The position numbers and the translations under genes were made by a program. Positions 40,564 to 49,206 of a stretch of 64,000 nucleotides of DNA are shown piece by piece. How positions within the stretch are numbered: position 1 is the stretch's first letter; every line of letters starts with the position of its first letter. The notes beneath the pieces are model-generated. The model had not been told where the DNA came from. It did not search any database and saw only the letters and a list, made by a program, of their open reading frames with translations. The DNA lies in the NCBI GenBank assembly GCA_965223005.1, contig CBDCVK010000006.1:105838-169837 (forward strand), given 5' to 3'. The DNA comes from Terriglobia bacterium. Its GTDB lineage: Bacteria; Acidobacteriota; Terriglobia; JAJPHL01; JAPKYU01.

Positions 40564-41148
40564 TCACTGAACAGGTTTCTGTAACTCGCCCAGCACTTCG
40601 AATTCATCGAGCAGTTCAACTTCCGCCATGACGTTCAGCAGCTCATCGGTGGAATTTTCCTGGAGCGCTGCCTGAAGCTGTACGTAGAGGTCACCCTCCT
40701 CAACAACCTGCAGTAGTTCGTCCACCTGGACGTCGTTTGCGATCAGGTCCGGCGACCGGCGTATCCCGCCGCTCGAGATGAGCAGGGCTGCCAGCAACAG
40801 CAGGACGGCGATGCTGACGGGGGCGCTGACCGGGAAACTGGTCAGCGGAGCCAGCAGCCAGCCGAACAGGCCGCGCGGCGCAGCCTCCTCAGCGACCTTC
40901 TGGCGAAGCCGCGCCTCGAACCAGGGCGAGGCTGCCGGAGCCTGCCATCTCTCCAGCGACTGCGAAACCTGCCGAAAGCCTTCCATCTGCTCCGCACAGG
41001 CAGAGCACTGGGCCAGATGGGCTTCCACCAGGGCGCGCTCCTGGGACGAAAGCTTGCCGTCCAGGTAGGGAAGCCAAAGTGTTTCCAGTTTGCCGCACTT
41101 CATTGGAGCCTCGTTATGGGGAGCCTCGTCATGGGGCAACCTCGTCAT
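40564..41148 (-). CDS. Zinc-finger (zf-HC2) anti-sigma factor
   Basis: C...YLDGKL...EAHLAQCSAC followed by a TM helix. Start may be 41103. Confidence 0.85.
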   Translation of the reverse strand: MTRLPHDEAPHNEAPMKCGKLETLWLPYLDGKLSSQERALVEAHLAQCSACAEQMEGFRQVSQSLERWQAPAASPWFEARLRQKVAEEAAPRGLFGWLLAPLTSFPVSAPVSIAVLLLLAALLISSGGIRRSPDLIANDVQVDELLQVVEEGDLYVQLQAALQENSTDELLNVMAEVELLDEFEVLGELQKPVQ

Positions 41149-41768
41149 GGCTTGCCCACCGAGCCCCTGTTGGCCAAAGGCGCGCCAGTTGGGGCGCTCG
41201 GGGCAAAATGAGCAAGTTTCTGGCGCAATGTTTCGTAAGCCCGAAACAGCAGCGACTTCACCGCCGATTCGGAGCAGCCCAGCACCTGGGCGATCTGCGC
41301 GTACTCCATCTCCTCGTACTTGTGCATCAGGACCGCCGCGCGCTGCTTGGCCGGCAGCGCCTGCACGGCGCGCCGGACCTCCATCAGCCGCGCTTCCTCC
41401 AGCAGTACCTGTTCGACACTGGCCTGCCGGTCGGCCACGGCGGCGGCAGGCGTCCGTTCCTCGTCCAGGCTGTCCGTCACCCGCTCGCCGCGGTTGTCGC
41501 GGATGGCGTTCAGCGCAAGGTGCGTGGCGATCCGGAACAGCCAGGTGGTGAACTTGGCACTTGGTGCGTAGCCGTTCCGAGCCCGGTACACCCGCAGGAA
41601 CACCTCCTGGGCCAGCTCCTCGGCGACGGGCTGGTTCTGCACCATCCGGTAAATGAAGTTCATGACCGGGGTGCGGTAGCGCGCCAGCAGCAGGGCGAAA
41701 GAAGCCTCGTCTCCTTCCTTCACGCTGAGCATTAGCTGCGCGTCTTGCTCCAGCGCCATTGCCCTCAC
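41145..41768 (-). CDS. ECF sigma-70 factor
   Basis: AEELAQEVFLRVY, FTTWLFRIATH, region 4 YAQIAQVLGCSESAVKSLLFRA. Confidence 0.93.
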   Translation of the reverse strand: MRAMALEQDAQLMLSVKEGDEASFALLLARYRTPVMNFIYRMVQNQPVAEELAQEVFLRVYRARNGYAPSAKFTTWLFRIATHLALNAIRDNRGERVTDSLDEERTPAAAVADRQASVEQVLLEEARLMEVRRAVQALPAKQRAAVLMHKYEEMEYAQIAQVLGCSESAVKSLLFRAYETLRQKLAHFAPSAPTGAPLANRGSVGKP

Positions 41769-41775
41769 ACTCCGC

Positions 41776-41802
41776 TAAACCCTATGGGAGAAAGGAAGTT
41801 GC
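41776..41802 (-). promoter_or_regulatory. Putative autoregulatory ECF promoter
   Basis: Minus strand GCAAC-N17-GTTTA ending 7 bp before the GTG start. Confidence 0.5.
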
Positions 41803-41862
41803 GCCTAAATCGCACGGTCAGGCCGCGTGCAAGCCGGCAGTCTCCCCGGCTGCTGCGAAAAG

Positions 41863-42447
41863 CTATTGCGCAAACTGCACTTCCGGCACAGCGCGGGCGC
41901 TTTCCTCGGCCTTGAAATAGGCATCGTTGCGCTCGAATCCGCTGAAGCCAGCCACCAAGTTGTTGGGAAACAACCGAATGTAGGTGTTATAGACCTGAAT
42001 CGCCTGGTTGTAGCGGCGGCGTTCTACCGCGATGCGATTTTCCGAGCCAGCGAGCTCGTCCTGCAGGCGCAGAAAGGTCTCGTTGGCCTTCAAGTTGGGA
42101 TAGTTTTCCACCACCACCAACAGGCGGCCCAAGGCACCAGACAGCCGGGCGTTGGCCCCCATGCTTTCCTGAGGGGTGCGCGCGCCGATGAGGGCCGCTC
42201 GCGCCTGGGCCACTTCCTGGATCGCTTTCTGCTCATGGGCCGCGAAGCCTTTCACGGTCTCCACCAGGTTGGGAATCAAGTCGGCGCGGCGCTTAAGGAC
42301 CACGTCCACCTGGGCCCAAGCCGCCTGGACGGCTTCCTGGTGTCGAACCATATCGTTGCGCCGACCGAAATAAAGCGAACCGAAGGCCAGGGCAGCGACC
42401 AGGAGCGTCCCCAGCACCACCAACACGGCAATCCAAGCTTTCTTCAT
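41863..42447 (-). CDS. lemA: LemA family protein
   Basis: RRADLIPNLVETVKG, VENYPNLKAN, ENRIAVERRRYN, FPNN. Confidence 0.95.
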   Translation of the reverse strand: MKKAWIAVLVVLGTLLVAALAFGSLYFGRRNDMVRHQEAVQAAWAQVDVVLKRRADLIPNLVETVKGFAAHEQKAIQEVAQARAALIGARTPQESMGANARLSGALGRLLVVVENYPNLKANETFLRLQDELAGSENRIAVERRRYNQAIQVYNTYIRLFPNNLVAGFSGFERNDAYFKAEESARAVPEVQFAQ

Positions 42448-43211
42448 GGAGTATGGGCCCTTTCTTCTTTCAACAGGGAATCCACCTGTTCGCAGACTCT
42501 ACCGACGTCCGCGTAGTATCCCTGGAAGGTCGAGGCGGCTTCGCCTGAGTGGAGCTTCCGCTTGCCTTCCCGCACCTCCAGCACGGCCAGGAAGGGGGCG
42601 GGATCAATCCCGAAGCGGCGACCCGCCGCCTCCAGAACCTGGCGCTTCCGCGTGGGAGCTGTTTCCGGAGGCGCGGCGCCAGCCAGTGCGGTCTGGCCTG
42701 CCAGGATCAGCGCGTGCCGGAACAGGGTGACAAAGCTGGGCAGGGCATCCACCATTAGCTTGATCACCATCTTTTGGTCGCGGTAGATGCCCAGGTAGCG
42801 CTGCCGCAAGGCCAGCAGCTTGGTGCGCAGCTCGTGCTCCACCTGCACGCGATGGAAGGCCGGATCGATGGTGATTGCGGCCACCATCTCCTCGCCGTGC
42901 AACACGCGGTGCTGCTCTCTGATGTCGAGAAACTCAATGGGGAAAGCATCCGAGGCGGTCGTCAGTTCCTTCTCAGACCACAGCAACGGGGCCGGATTGC
43001 CGAGGCCGCGCCACCATTGGGCGGTCTGCTCAGCCTTCTGCAGGCTCTCCAGGCCCAAGTCGCGGAGCACGCAAAGGACGTTCAAGTCGGAATACTTCTG
43101 GTGGAAATCGCCGCCCGCCGCCGACCCGTACAACACCACGCTGCGTAGGTCGGGCCCGTAGGCCTGCTCTAAGCGCTTCACTAATTGCGAAAGAAGCTTC
43201 TCGGTGTTCAT
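42444..43211 (-). CDS. Pol-beta-type nucleotidyltransferase-fold protein
   Basis: VVLYGSAAGGDF...SDLNVL and VLHG, helical C-terminal half. ATGA overlap with lemA. Confidence 0.75.
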   Translation of the reverse strand: MNTEKLLSQLVKRLEQAYGPDLRSVVLYGSAAGGDFHQKYSDLNVLCVLRDLGLESLQKAEQTAQWWRGLGNPAPLLWSEKELTTASDAFPIEFLDIREQHRVLHGEEMVAAITIDPAFHRVQVEHELRTKLLALRQRYLGIYRDQKMVIKLMVDALPSFVTLFRHALILAGQTALAGAAPPETAPTRKRQVLEAAGRRFGIDPAPFLAVLEVREGKRKLHSGEAASTFQGYYADVGRVCEQVDSLLKEERAHTP

Positions 43212-43275
43212 GCTGTACTGGTTCTGTTCTGCCGCTACGTCAACAACCCGTGGCAGGCTGAAGCCTGCTGCTACG

Positions 43276-44052
43276 TCACCAACCAGAGGAGGCGCCACCA
43301 CCTCCACTGAGTCCGCCTCCAAAACCCCCAAAGCCGCCGCCAAAGCCACCGCGGTCGTAGCCACCAAATCCACCAAAGCCACCCAAGAACAGACCACCCC
43401 TACGGCGGCGTCGGTAGCCGAACCCCATCCCCGGCATCCACCAGGGCATGATGCCGAACGCCAACATGGCAATCAGCGACAGCAAGGACCCCAGAGGGCT
43501 CCGCCGCCGTGCGCGTCGTCTCTGCTGGGGCGGCGCCACTCCTGCTCCTTCCAGTTTAACACCGGCCTCCGCCGCAATCCGTTCCGACAGCAGTAGCACG
43601 CCGGCGTACACGGCCTCGCCGTACTGTTGCTGACGCAGCGCCGGCCTCATCTCGCGCAGCACGCTGCCTGCGTAGCCATCCGGGATGATGGGTTCCAGGC
43701 CGTAGCCCACTTCGAGCCGCGACTTGCGGTCCTGGATCACCAATAGCAGCAACGCGCCCCGATCGTCCTTGTGGCCGACTCCCCACACTTCGAACAGGCG
43801 CGTGGCGAAGTCCTCGATTGGGTCCCCTTCGAGCGACGCCAGGGTGACCACGGCAATCTGCGCCTTGGTCTTTTGGTCCAGGACGGTGATCAGTTGGGTG
43901 AGCCGCTGCTCCCACTGCGGACCAATGACCTCGGCGAAGTCGTTGACGTATCCGCGATACTGCAGGTCGGCAGGAGAAACCGGGGCCGCGGCCGCAGGAA
44001 GCGACACCAGCAGGAGGGCGGACACCACTAGTTTCAGAACCGGCAGTTTCAC
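43276..44052 (-). CDS. TPM-domain protein (YgcG family)
   Basis: YVNDFA, QIAVVT, RLEVGYGLE, Gly-rich tail GGGLSGGGGASSGW. Start uncertain. Confidence 0.9.
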   Translation of the reverse strand: MKLPVLKLVVSALLLVSLPAAAAPVSPADLQYRGYVNDFAEVIGPQWEQRLTQLITVLDQKTKAQIAVVTLASLEGDPIEDFATRLFEVWGVGHKDDRGALLLLVIQDRKSRLEVGYGLEPIIPDGYAGSVLREMRPALRQQQYGEAVYAGVLLLSERIAAEAGVKLEGAGVAPPQQRRRARRRSPLGSLLSLIAMLAFGIMPWWMPGMGFGYRRRRRGGLFLGGFGGFGGYDRGGFGGGFGGFGGGLSGGGGASSGW

Positions 44053-44147
44053 AACAAGAGGAGAACCCCGCGTAGTCAACACTCTATTGTAACCCGTGTG
44101 TTTTCGCCCGTGCCCTCTTATTGACAGGTCCCCCCGGTGCTCTGCAC

Positions 44148-44167
44148 TGTCATCCCGAGCGCAGCGA
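44148..44167. repeat. REP-like left-arm remnant
   Basis: TGTCATCCCGAGCGCAGCGA, related to the reverse complement of 10253-10281. Confidence 0.5.
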
Positions 44168-44191
44168 CGGGGCCGCTTTTGTGGGTAGCGT

Positions 44192-44923
44192 TCACGGCTG
44201 AAAGACAAACTTCAGCGCTAGAAGCAGTGCTACCCCCCCGAAGACGACAAATGCCAGGCGGATGCCAGGCTCGCGGTTGACTTCCGGGATCAGGTCGCTG
44301 GCGGCGACGTAAACAGTAACTCCCGCCGAAAGAGACAAGGCGTAGCCGACGCCCGGACGGAATAGGAGCATTGCCAGCACCCCGGCCAGCGTCGCCGCCC
44401 CAAGCAGGAGGGAGCCACCCTGTGCCGCGCGCTGGCTGCGACCGGCGGCCAGCATCACTGAGGCCACAGTGAACCCCTCGGGCATCTTGTGCAGGAAAAC
44501 GGCCAGAAAGATGACCGAACCCAACCAGGGCGAGACCAGAAACCCGCTGGCGATGGCGATGCCGTCAAACAAGCTATGAATCATCAGACCGCCCAGGACG
44601 CTGGTGCTCACACGTGGCTGCACCAGTTCCTCGTGGTGAGTTTCTTCGCCGAAGTGAAAGTGCGCGTGGATGGAGTGCTCAAAGAAATGCACCAGCAGGT
44701 AGCCCAGCAGGATCAGAAAGGCCGCGCGGTCTCCCAGTAACCGGAAACTCACCGGCACCATCTCCACAATGGCCGTTGCCAGCATGAAGCCGGAGCCGAG
44801 GGCCAAGAAATAACGCAATGAGGGGCGGGCCCAGTGAATTTGCGCGACAATGAGCCCGCCGACAACATTGGCGGTGGCTGCGGCAAGCCCTAACATCAGG
44901 CTGGTGAGCGTGGTCTGAGTCAT
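44192..44923 (-). CDS. ZIP family metal transporter
   Basis: HAHFHFGEETHH loop, IHSLFDG, LHKMPEG, SDLIPE. Confidence 0.9.
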   Translation of the reverse strand: MTQTTLTSLMLGLAAATANVVGGLIVAQIHWARPSLRYFLALGSGFMLATAIVEMVPVSFRLLGDRAAFLILLGYLLVHFFEHSIHAHFHFGEETHHEELVQPRVSTSVLGGLMIHSLFDGIAIASGFLVSPWLGSVIFLAVFLHKMPEGFTVASVMLAAGRSQRAAQGGSLLLGAATLAGVLAMLLFRPGVGYALSLSAGVTVYVAASDLIPEVNREPGIRLAFVVFGGVALLLALKFVFQP

Positions 44924-44925
44924 CT

Positions 44926-45981
44926 TCAGCCGGAGTGGCGGATGTAAAGGACCTGGCCCTCCTCGACCGGGTATTCTTTGCCCTCGAGGCGGATCAGGCC
45001 GCGGTCACGTGCAGCCGCCAGGCCACCTGCCTCCAAAAGGGCGGCCCAGTCTACCACCTCGGCGCGGATGAAGCGTGCCGCCAGGTCGGTGTGGACGCAG
45101 GCCGCAGCTTCCAGCGCGGTTTGCCCATGGTGCAGCATCCAGGCCCGGCATTCCGCCTCGCTGACCGTAAAAAAGGTGAGCAGGTCCATCAGGTCGCAGA
45201 AGGCGCGGATCAACCGCTCCCGTCCGGGTTCCTTTAAGCCGTAGCTGGCCAGATACTCGGCGGCTTCCTCGGCTTCTTCGTCAGAGAACTCGGCCAACTC
45301 CGCCTCGACCTGCCCGCAGACGCCGGTGACTCCGGTCTGTGAACGAAGGTCAAGGTGGTAGCGGTCTTTCAGCTTGTCCAGTTCCGACGTGTCCTGCTCG
45401 CTGGCGTTGAGCACGATGAGTATCGGTTTCTCGGAAAGGAACATGAAGCCGCGGATGCGTTTCTTCTCGTTGCGGTCCAGTTGCAACTCCCGCAGCGGTC
45501 TTTGCCGCTCCAGGTGTTGGCGGGCTTTCTCCAGCACTTCGCGCTCATGTTCGAGCTCCGGATTCTTCATCTTCTGCAGATCGCGCTCCACTCGTTCCAG
45601 CCGCTTTTCGGTCTGCTCCAGGTCGCTCAGGATGAGCTCCAGGTCTACATCGGTGATGTCCTGACCGGGGTCTGCTTCCTCACCAAAGGCTCGCACGACG
45701 TGAGTCAGGGTGTCCACCTGGCGAAGGTTGGCGAGGTAGGATGGCTCCCGCAGGGTTTCCTTGCGGATGGCCGGCACGTCCATGAATTCCAGCGCGGCAT
45801 GCGTGGTCTTCTTGGGCTGGATCAGTTGGGCCAGTTGCTCCAGTCGGCGATCGGGCACCTGGACCACGCCCAGGTGGGCCTCATGGCCCCCGAATCCTGT
45901 GACCACCGGGCTATGCGTCAGGATCTTGAACACGGAGGTCTTGCCGGACTGAACGAGACCGATGATTCCGGTACGGATCAT
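44926..45981 (-). CDS. YchF-like ATPase (DUF933), divergent
   Basis: GLVQSGKT, VPDRRL, HVVRAF, HTDLAARFIRAEV, RLEGKEY. Confidence 0.85.
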   Translation of the reverse strand: MIRTGIIGLVQSGKTSVFKILTHSPVVTGFGGHEAHLGVVQVPDRRLEQLAQLIQPKKTTHAALEFMDVPAIRKETLREPSYLANLRQVDTLTHVVRAFGEEADPGQDITDVDLELILSDLEQTEKRLERVERDLQKMKNPELEHEREVLEKARQHLERQRPLRELQLDRNEKKRIRGFMFLSEKPILIVLNASEQDTSELDKLKDRYHLDLRSQTGVTGVCGQVEAELAEFSDEEAEEAAEYLASYGLKEPGRERLIRAFCDLMDLLTFFTVSEAECRAWMLHHGQTALEAAACVHTDLAARFIRAEVVDWAALLEAGGLAAARDRGLIRLEGKEYPVEEGQVLYIRHSG

Positions 45982-46124
45982 ATTAGTGAGAACTCTGGAA
46001 TGGGGCGTCGGAAGTGCACAACGAGCCGCCTGGGTTCCGAGTCGTTTGCTGCCTTCCCCTCAGCGCTGCCGTGGATGGCAACCCGTAAGAGCAACGGGCA
46101 GGCGCACGGCACTCACATTGGGTC

Positions 46125-47087
46125 TCACATGGGGACCGGCACGGAGTCGATGAGTTCGCGAAGAGCTTCGGCGGCCTGATCACTTTTCTTTAACGTGGAG
46201 ATATAGCGCGAGTTGAGCACCACGCGGTGGGCGAACACAGGGAGCGCCAGGCGCTTGAAATCGTCGGGCGTGGCGAAACGCCGGCCTCGCAGATAGGCCA
46301 GGGCCTGCGCCGCCTGGTAAAGCGCCATCGAACCGCGCGGACTGACGCCCAGCGACAGGTATTCGCTTTCCCGGGTGCGTCCGGCGATGGCCACTGTATA
46401 GCTCACCAGGTCTTCATCCACTGACACGGACTTCACCTCCTGCTGCAGCGCCATCACCTGGGCGGCATCCAGGACCGGCTCGACTCCGTTGAGCTGGTTG
46501 CCGTCCGAATGGTAGCGCACGATCTCCCGCTCGCTCTCCTCGGCCGGATAGCCCATGCGAATCCGCATCAGGAAACGATCCAGTTGCGAGTCGGGCAGGG
46601 GATAGGTGCCGTGATGCTCGACGGGATTCTGCGTGGCAATCACCATGAAAGGCTGCGGCAGCGGCTTGGTCACGCTGTCCATTGTGACCTGGCCCTCATT
46701 CATGGCCTCCAGCAGCGCGCTCTGGGTCTTGGGCGTGGTGCGGTTAATCTCGTCGGCCAGCAGGATGTTGGTGAACACCGGCCCGGGCCGAAACTCGAAC
46801 TGCTGCCGGTGCTGGTCGTAGATGGAGATCCCCAGCACGTCGCTGGGCAGCAGATCGCTGGTGAACTGGATGCGATGAAAGGTGCAATTCAGCAGGCGGG
46901 CCAGCGCGTGGCCCAGGGTGGTCTTGCCCACCCCGGGCACGTCTTCTATGAGCAAGTGGCCGCGGGCCAACAGGGCCACCAGCGCCAACTCGATCACGTC
47001 GTCCTTGCCGCGGATGATGGTGCGCAGCGACTTCTGCAAGCGCTCGAAGGTCTGCGCGCCGTGGGTTGTAGGCTGCGAATTGTCCAC
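46125..47087 (-). CDS. MoxR family AAA+ ATPase
   Basis: EDVPGVGKT, RIQFTSDLLPSD, LADEINR, ATQNP, QLDRF. Confidence 0.94.
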   Translation of the reverse strand: MDNSQPTTHGAQTFERLQKSLRTIIRGKDDVIELALVALLARGHLLIEDVPGVGKTTLGHALARLLNCTFHRIQFTSDLLPSDVLGISIYDQHRQQFEFRPGPVFTNILLADEINRTTPKTQSALLEAMNEGQVTMDSVTKPLPQPFMVIATQNPVEHHGTYPLPDSQLDRFLMRIRMGYPAEESEREIVRYHSDGNQLNGVEPVLDAAQVMALQQEVKSVSVDEDLVSYTVAIAGRTRESEYLSLGVSPRGSMALYQAAQALAYLRGRRFATPDDFKRLALPVFAHRVVLNSRYISTLKKSDQAAEALRELIDSVPVPM

Positions 47088-47090
47088 GCG

Positions 47091-47099
47091 TGGTATAAT
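47091..47099 (+). promoter_or_regulatory. Extended -10 promoter of tRNA-Val
   Basis: TGG-TATAAT about 30 bp upstream of the tRNA. Confidence 0.6.
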
Positions 47100-47128
47100 G
47101 GCGCCGTACTCGCGTCGATCACTGGGGA

Positions 47129-47205
47129 GGGCGACTAGCTCAGTTGGTTAGAGCGCCTGCTTCACACGCAGGAGGTCAGAGGTTCGAGTCCTCTGTCGCC
47201 CACCA
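47129..47205 (+). tRNA. tRNA-Val (anticodon CAC)
   Basis: Acceptor stem GGGCGAC/GTCGCCC, D arm, anticodon arm CCTGC-TTCACAC-GCAGG, GGTTCGAGTCC T arm, encoded CCA. Confidence 0.97.
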
Positions 47206-47267
47206 TTCGAGTCCTTCCAAATCAATGAGGTAGATCGGTTTCGATTGCATTTGCCCATCCCTAAACC

Positions 47268-47328
47268 TCAAAACCGTATCAAAACCGTATCAAAACCCCA
47301 CAACTGTTGATGTGCCGTATCAAAACCC
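47268..47328. repeat. Direct repeats, putative integrase arm-binding sites
   Basis: CCGTATCAAAACC at 47274-47286, 47285-47297 and 47315-47327. Confidence 0.7.
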
Positions 47329-48447
47329 AACGGCTGCAGTTTCATTTGCACGGTGATTGAGTTTTGTCAACGCATCCCGCTTCATCTGGAGCTTCATCTG
47401 AGAATACTTCTTGAAGACTTTGGCGTCCGTCTGACGAAGAAGCTGGGTCACCCACTCGTCCGCAACGCCGCCGGCGCTAAGGCGCGTAGCGTGGGTGGAG
47501 CGCAGGTCGTATAAGCGGAAGTACGGAACTCCGGCTCTGCGGAGTGCTCTTTCCCAGGTCTTTCTGAAGTTAGTCTGATGCCCAATTGGGTTCTGCGGGC
47601 TGGGAAAGAGCCATGGACCGGGTCCCGCTAATTCGATCTGGCTACGGAAGGCTTCAGTAGCCATGTCGGTCAAAGGAACCTCGGCTACCCCGGTCGGTGT
47701 CTTCGAATCTTCCACGAAGACTACCTTGTTGGCGAGGTCTACTCGATCCTTGCGCATCGCGGCAAGCTCTTTATAGACCCGGAGCCCCGTTTCCGTGATG
47801 ATCCGAATTATGTTCCTGAGGTAGGCGGGAGCATGCCGTTCGATTTTCTGCTGCTCGGACCAGGTCATGTAGTGGGGTCGGAAGAAACCTTTCAGGATCA
47901 CCGGAAACTCCACGCCGGCGCAGGGGTTGGCCGGGCAGAGCTTCTTCTTCACTGCAACACCAAAGATACGCCGGAGAACTCGAAGCTCTTGATGCACGGT
48001 GGTGGGTTTCAGAAGCCCGAGTTCGACGACACCACTCCGACGACGGACTCGCTTGTGCTGTTGCAGCCGTTGGCGGAGATGAAGCTCGATTTGCTCAGCT
48101 CCGATCTCGGTTATCTTCATCGGTCCGAACACTGGCCGCAGACTCTTGAGCGCGCATTCGTTTGCCTCGTGAGTCTTCTCGGCCCGAATCGGGGGCTGAG
48201 AGTAGTTGACCAGGAAAAAGTCGGCCCATTCCCCGAAAGTAACCCGCTGACCCCGGCGAAGGGCGGCCAGGGTATTATTGTCTCTGGCCTGAAGCCGCTC
48301 GCGTAGGCACCGTTGGGCTTCTTGCCAGTCCTCCGTTCGTGTTGATTCCAGGCGACGCCGCCCGGCCTTATCCCGATAGCGCATCCACCAAATGTTGCTG
48401 TCGTTCCGGCGATAGATGACACCATCATGCTTACTCGGTCTTGCCAT
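47320..48447 (-). CDS. Tyrosine recombinase/integrase
   Basis: N-terminal arm-binding-like GVIYRR..WWMRY, ETGLR, SKT, LYDLRST, KKYS. Confidence 0.92.
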   Translation of the reverse strand: MARPSKHDGVIYRRNDSNIWWMRYRDKAGRRRLESTRTEDWQEAQRCLRERLQARDNNTLAALRRGQRVTFGEWADFFLVNYSQPPIRAEKTHEANECALKSLRPVFGPMKITEIGAEQIELHLRQRLQQHKRVRRRSGVVELGLLKPTTVHQELRVLRRIFGVAVKKKLCPANPCAGVEFPVILKGFFRPHYMTWSEQQKIERHAPAYLRNIIRIITETGLRVYKELAAMRKDRVDLANKVVFVEDSKTPTGVAEVPLTDMATEAFRSQIELAGPGPWLFPSPQNPIGHQTNFRKTWERALRRAGVPYFRLYDLRSTHATRLSAGGVADEWVTQLLRQTDAKVFKKYSQMKLQMKRDALTKLNHRANETAAVGF

Positions 48448-48646
48448 TCTCCACCTCCTGCCTGAAGCTTGCGCGGAAGGGCTCCAAATCCGATTTGAGA
48501 AACCGGATGCTTCGCCCCATCACGCGGAGATGGGGAATCTGCTTTCGCTCGACGTAAGCATACACCAGCGAGGGGCTAACTCCCAAGAAGCGGGCGGCGG
48601 CCTTCACCGTGATCGGGGCATCTGTCGCTTCTCCGTCAAGGTTCAT
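48431..48646 (-). CDS. Excisionase-like HTH protein
   Basis: TVKAAARFLGVSPSLVY..IPHLRVMGRSIRF, overlaps the integrase start. Confidence 0.85.
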   Translation of the reverse strand: MNLDGEATDAPITVKAAARFLGVSPSLVYAYVERKQIPHLRVMGRSIRFLKSDLEPFRASFRQEVENGKTE

Positions 48647-48972
48647 CTTTCCCTCCCTACTCTCCATGCAAGACCACAAGGGGGAACTCCGCGCGGAGAG
48701 GCTGTTGCGATTTTGTCGTTAGTCCCACTCGCGGGTGGCATCACGATGCAGGGCTTCGGCGAGATCAAGGTCACCCTCTCCACGCCGCCCCATAGAGGAT
48801 GGCCGCGACAGTCACCAGAGCGAACGCCAGGCGTGCTGCGATAGTCACGCCCGTAGTTGAACAGGATTACTTGCCAGAACGGCGCGAGATACTCCCTCCG
48901 GGAGCCGAGGAGCAGAAGCGCCAATCCCGCTCCGGCGGTGGTCAGGCCGGCGCTGACTTTCCAGAGTTGCAT
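48643..48972 (-). CDS. Hypothetical protein with an N-terminal hydrophobic segment
   Basis: ORF whose stop overlaps the xis ATG (ATGA). Confidence 0.45.
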   Translation of the reverse strand: MQLWKVSAGLTTAGAGLALLLLGSRREYLAPFWQVILFNYGRDYRSTPGVRSGDCRGHPLWGGVERVTLISPKPCIVMPPASGTNDKIATASPRGVPPCGLAWRVGRER

Positions 48973-48978
48973 CGTCTC

Positions 48979-49206
48979 TTACAGCTCGAAGGCGGCCAAG
49001 TCCCTCTGAGCGGGACCCCTGGTGCCGTCTTTTCCCTCGCCCCGGCTGCCGCCGACCACTTCCTCGCTGCCCATGTCCTCGAGGAAGAAGCCGTATTGCT
49101 CGGCGATGCACGCCGGGACTTCCAGCGTCTCGTCACCGTCCCGGCCGAGTTCCAGGTCGAAGTCCTCGAGGGTCTTCACTCGTATGATTTTTTCTTCATC
49201 CGTCAT
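48979..49206 (-). CDS. Small acidic hypothetical protein
   Basis: GGAGGG RBS, overlaps the virB11 end. Confidence 0.55.
   Translation of the reverse strand: MTDEEKIIRVKTLEDFDLELGRDGDETLEVPACIAEQYGFFLEDMGSEEVVGGSRGEGKDGTRGPAQRDLAAFEL

Noticed and set aside
42444-43211. MNT-HEPN toxin-antitoxin antitoxin
   Set aside because: No adjacent HEPN (RxxxxH) gene, longer than a minimal MNT, and coupled to lemA.
47268-47328. Plasmid iterons or CRISPR repeats
   Set aside because: Too short, no spacers or Rep gene adjacent. Position at the att end fits integrase arm sites better.
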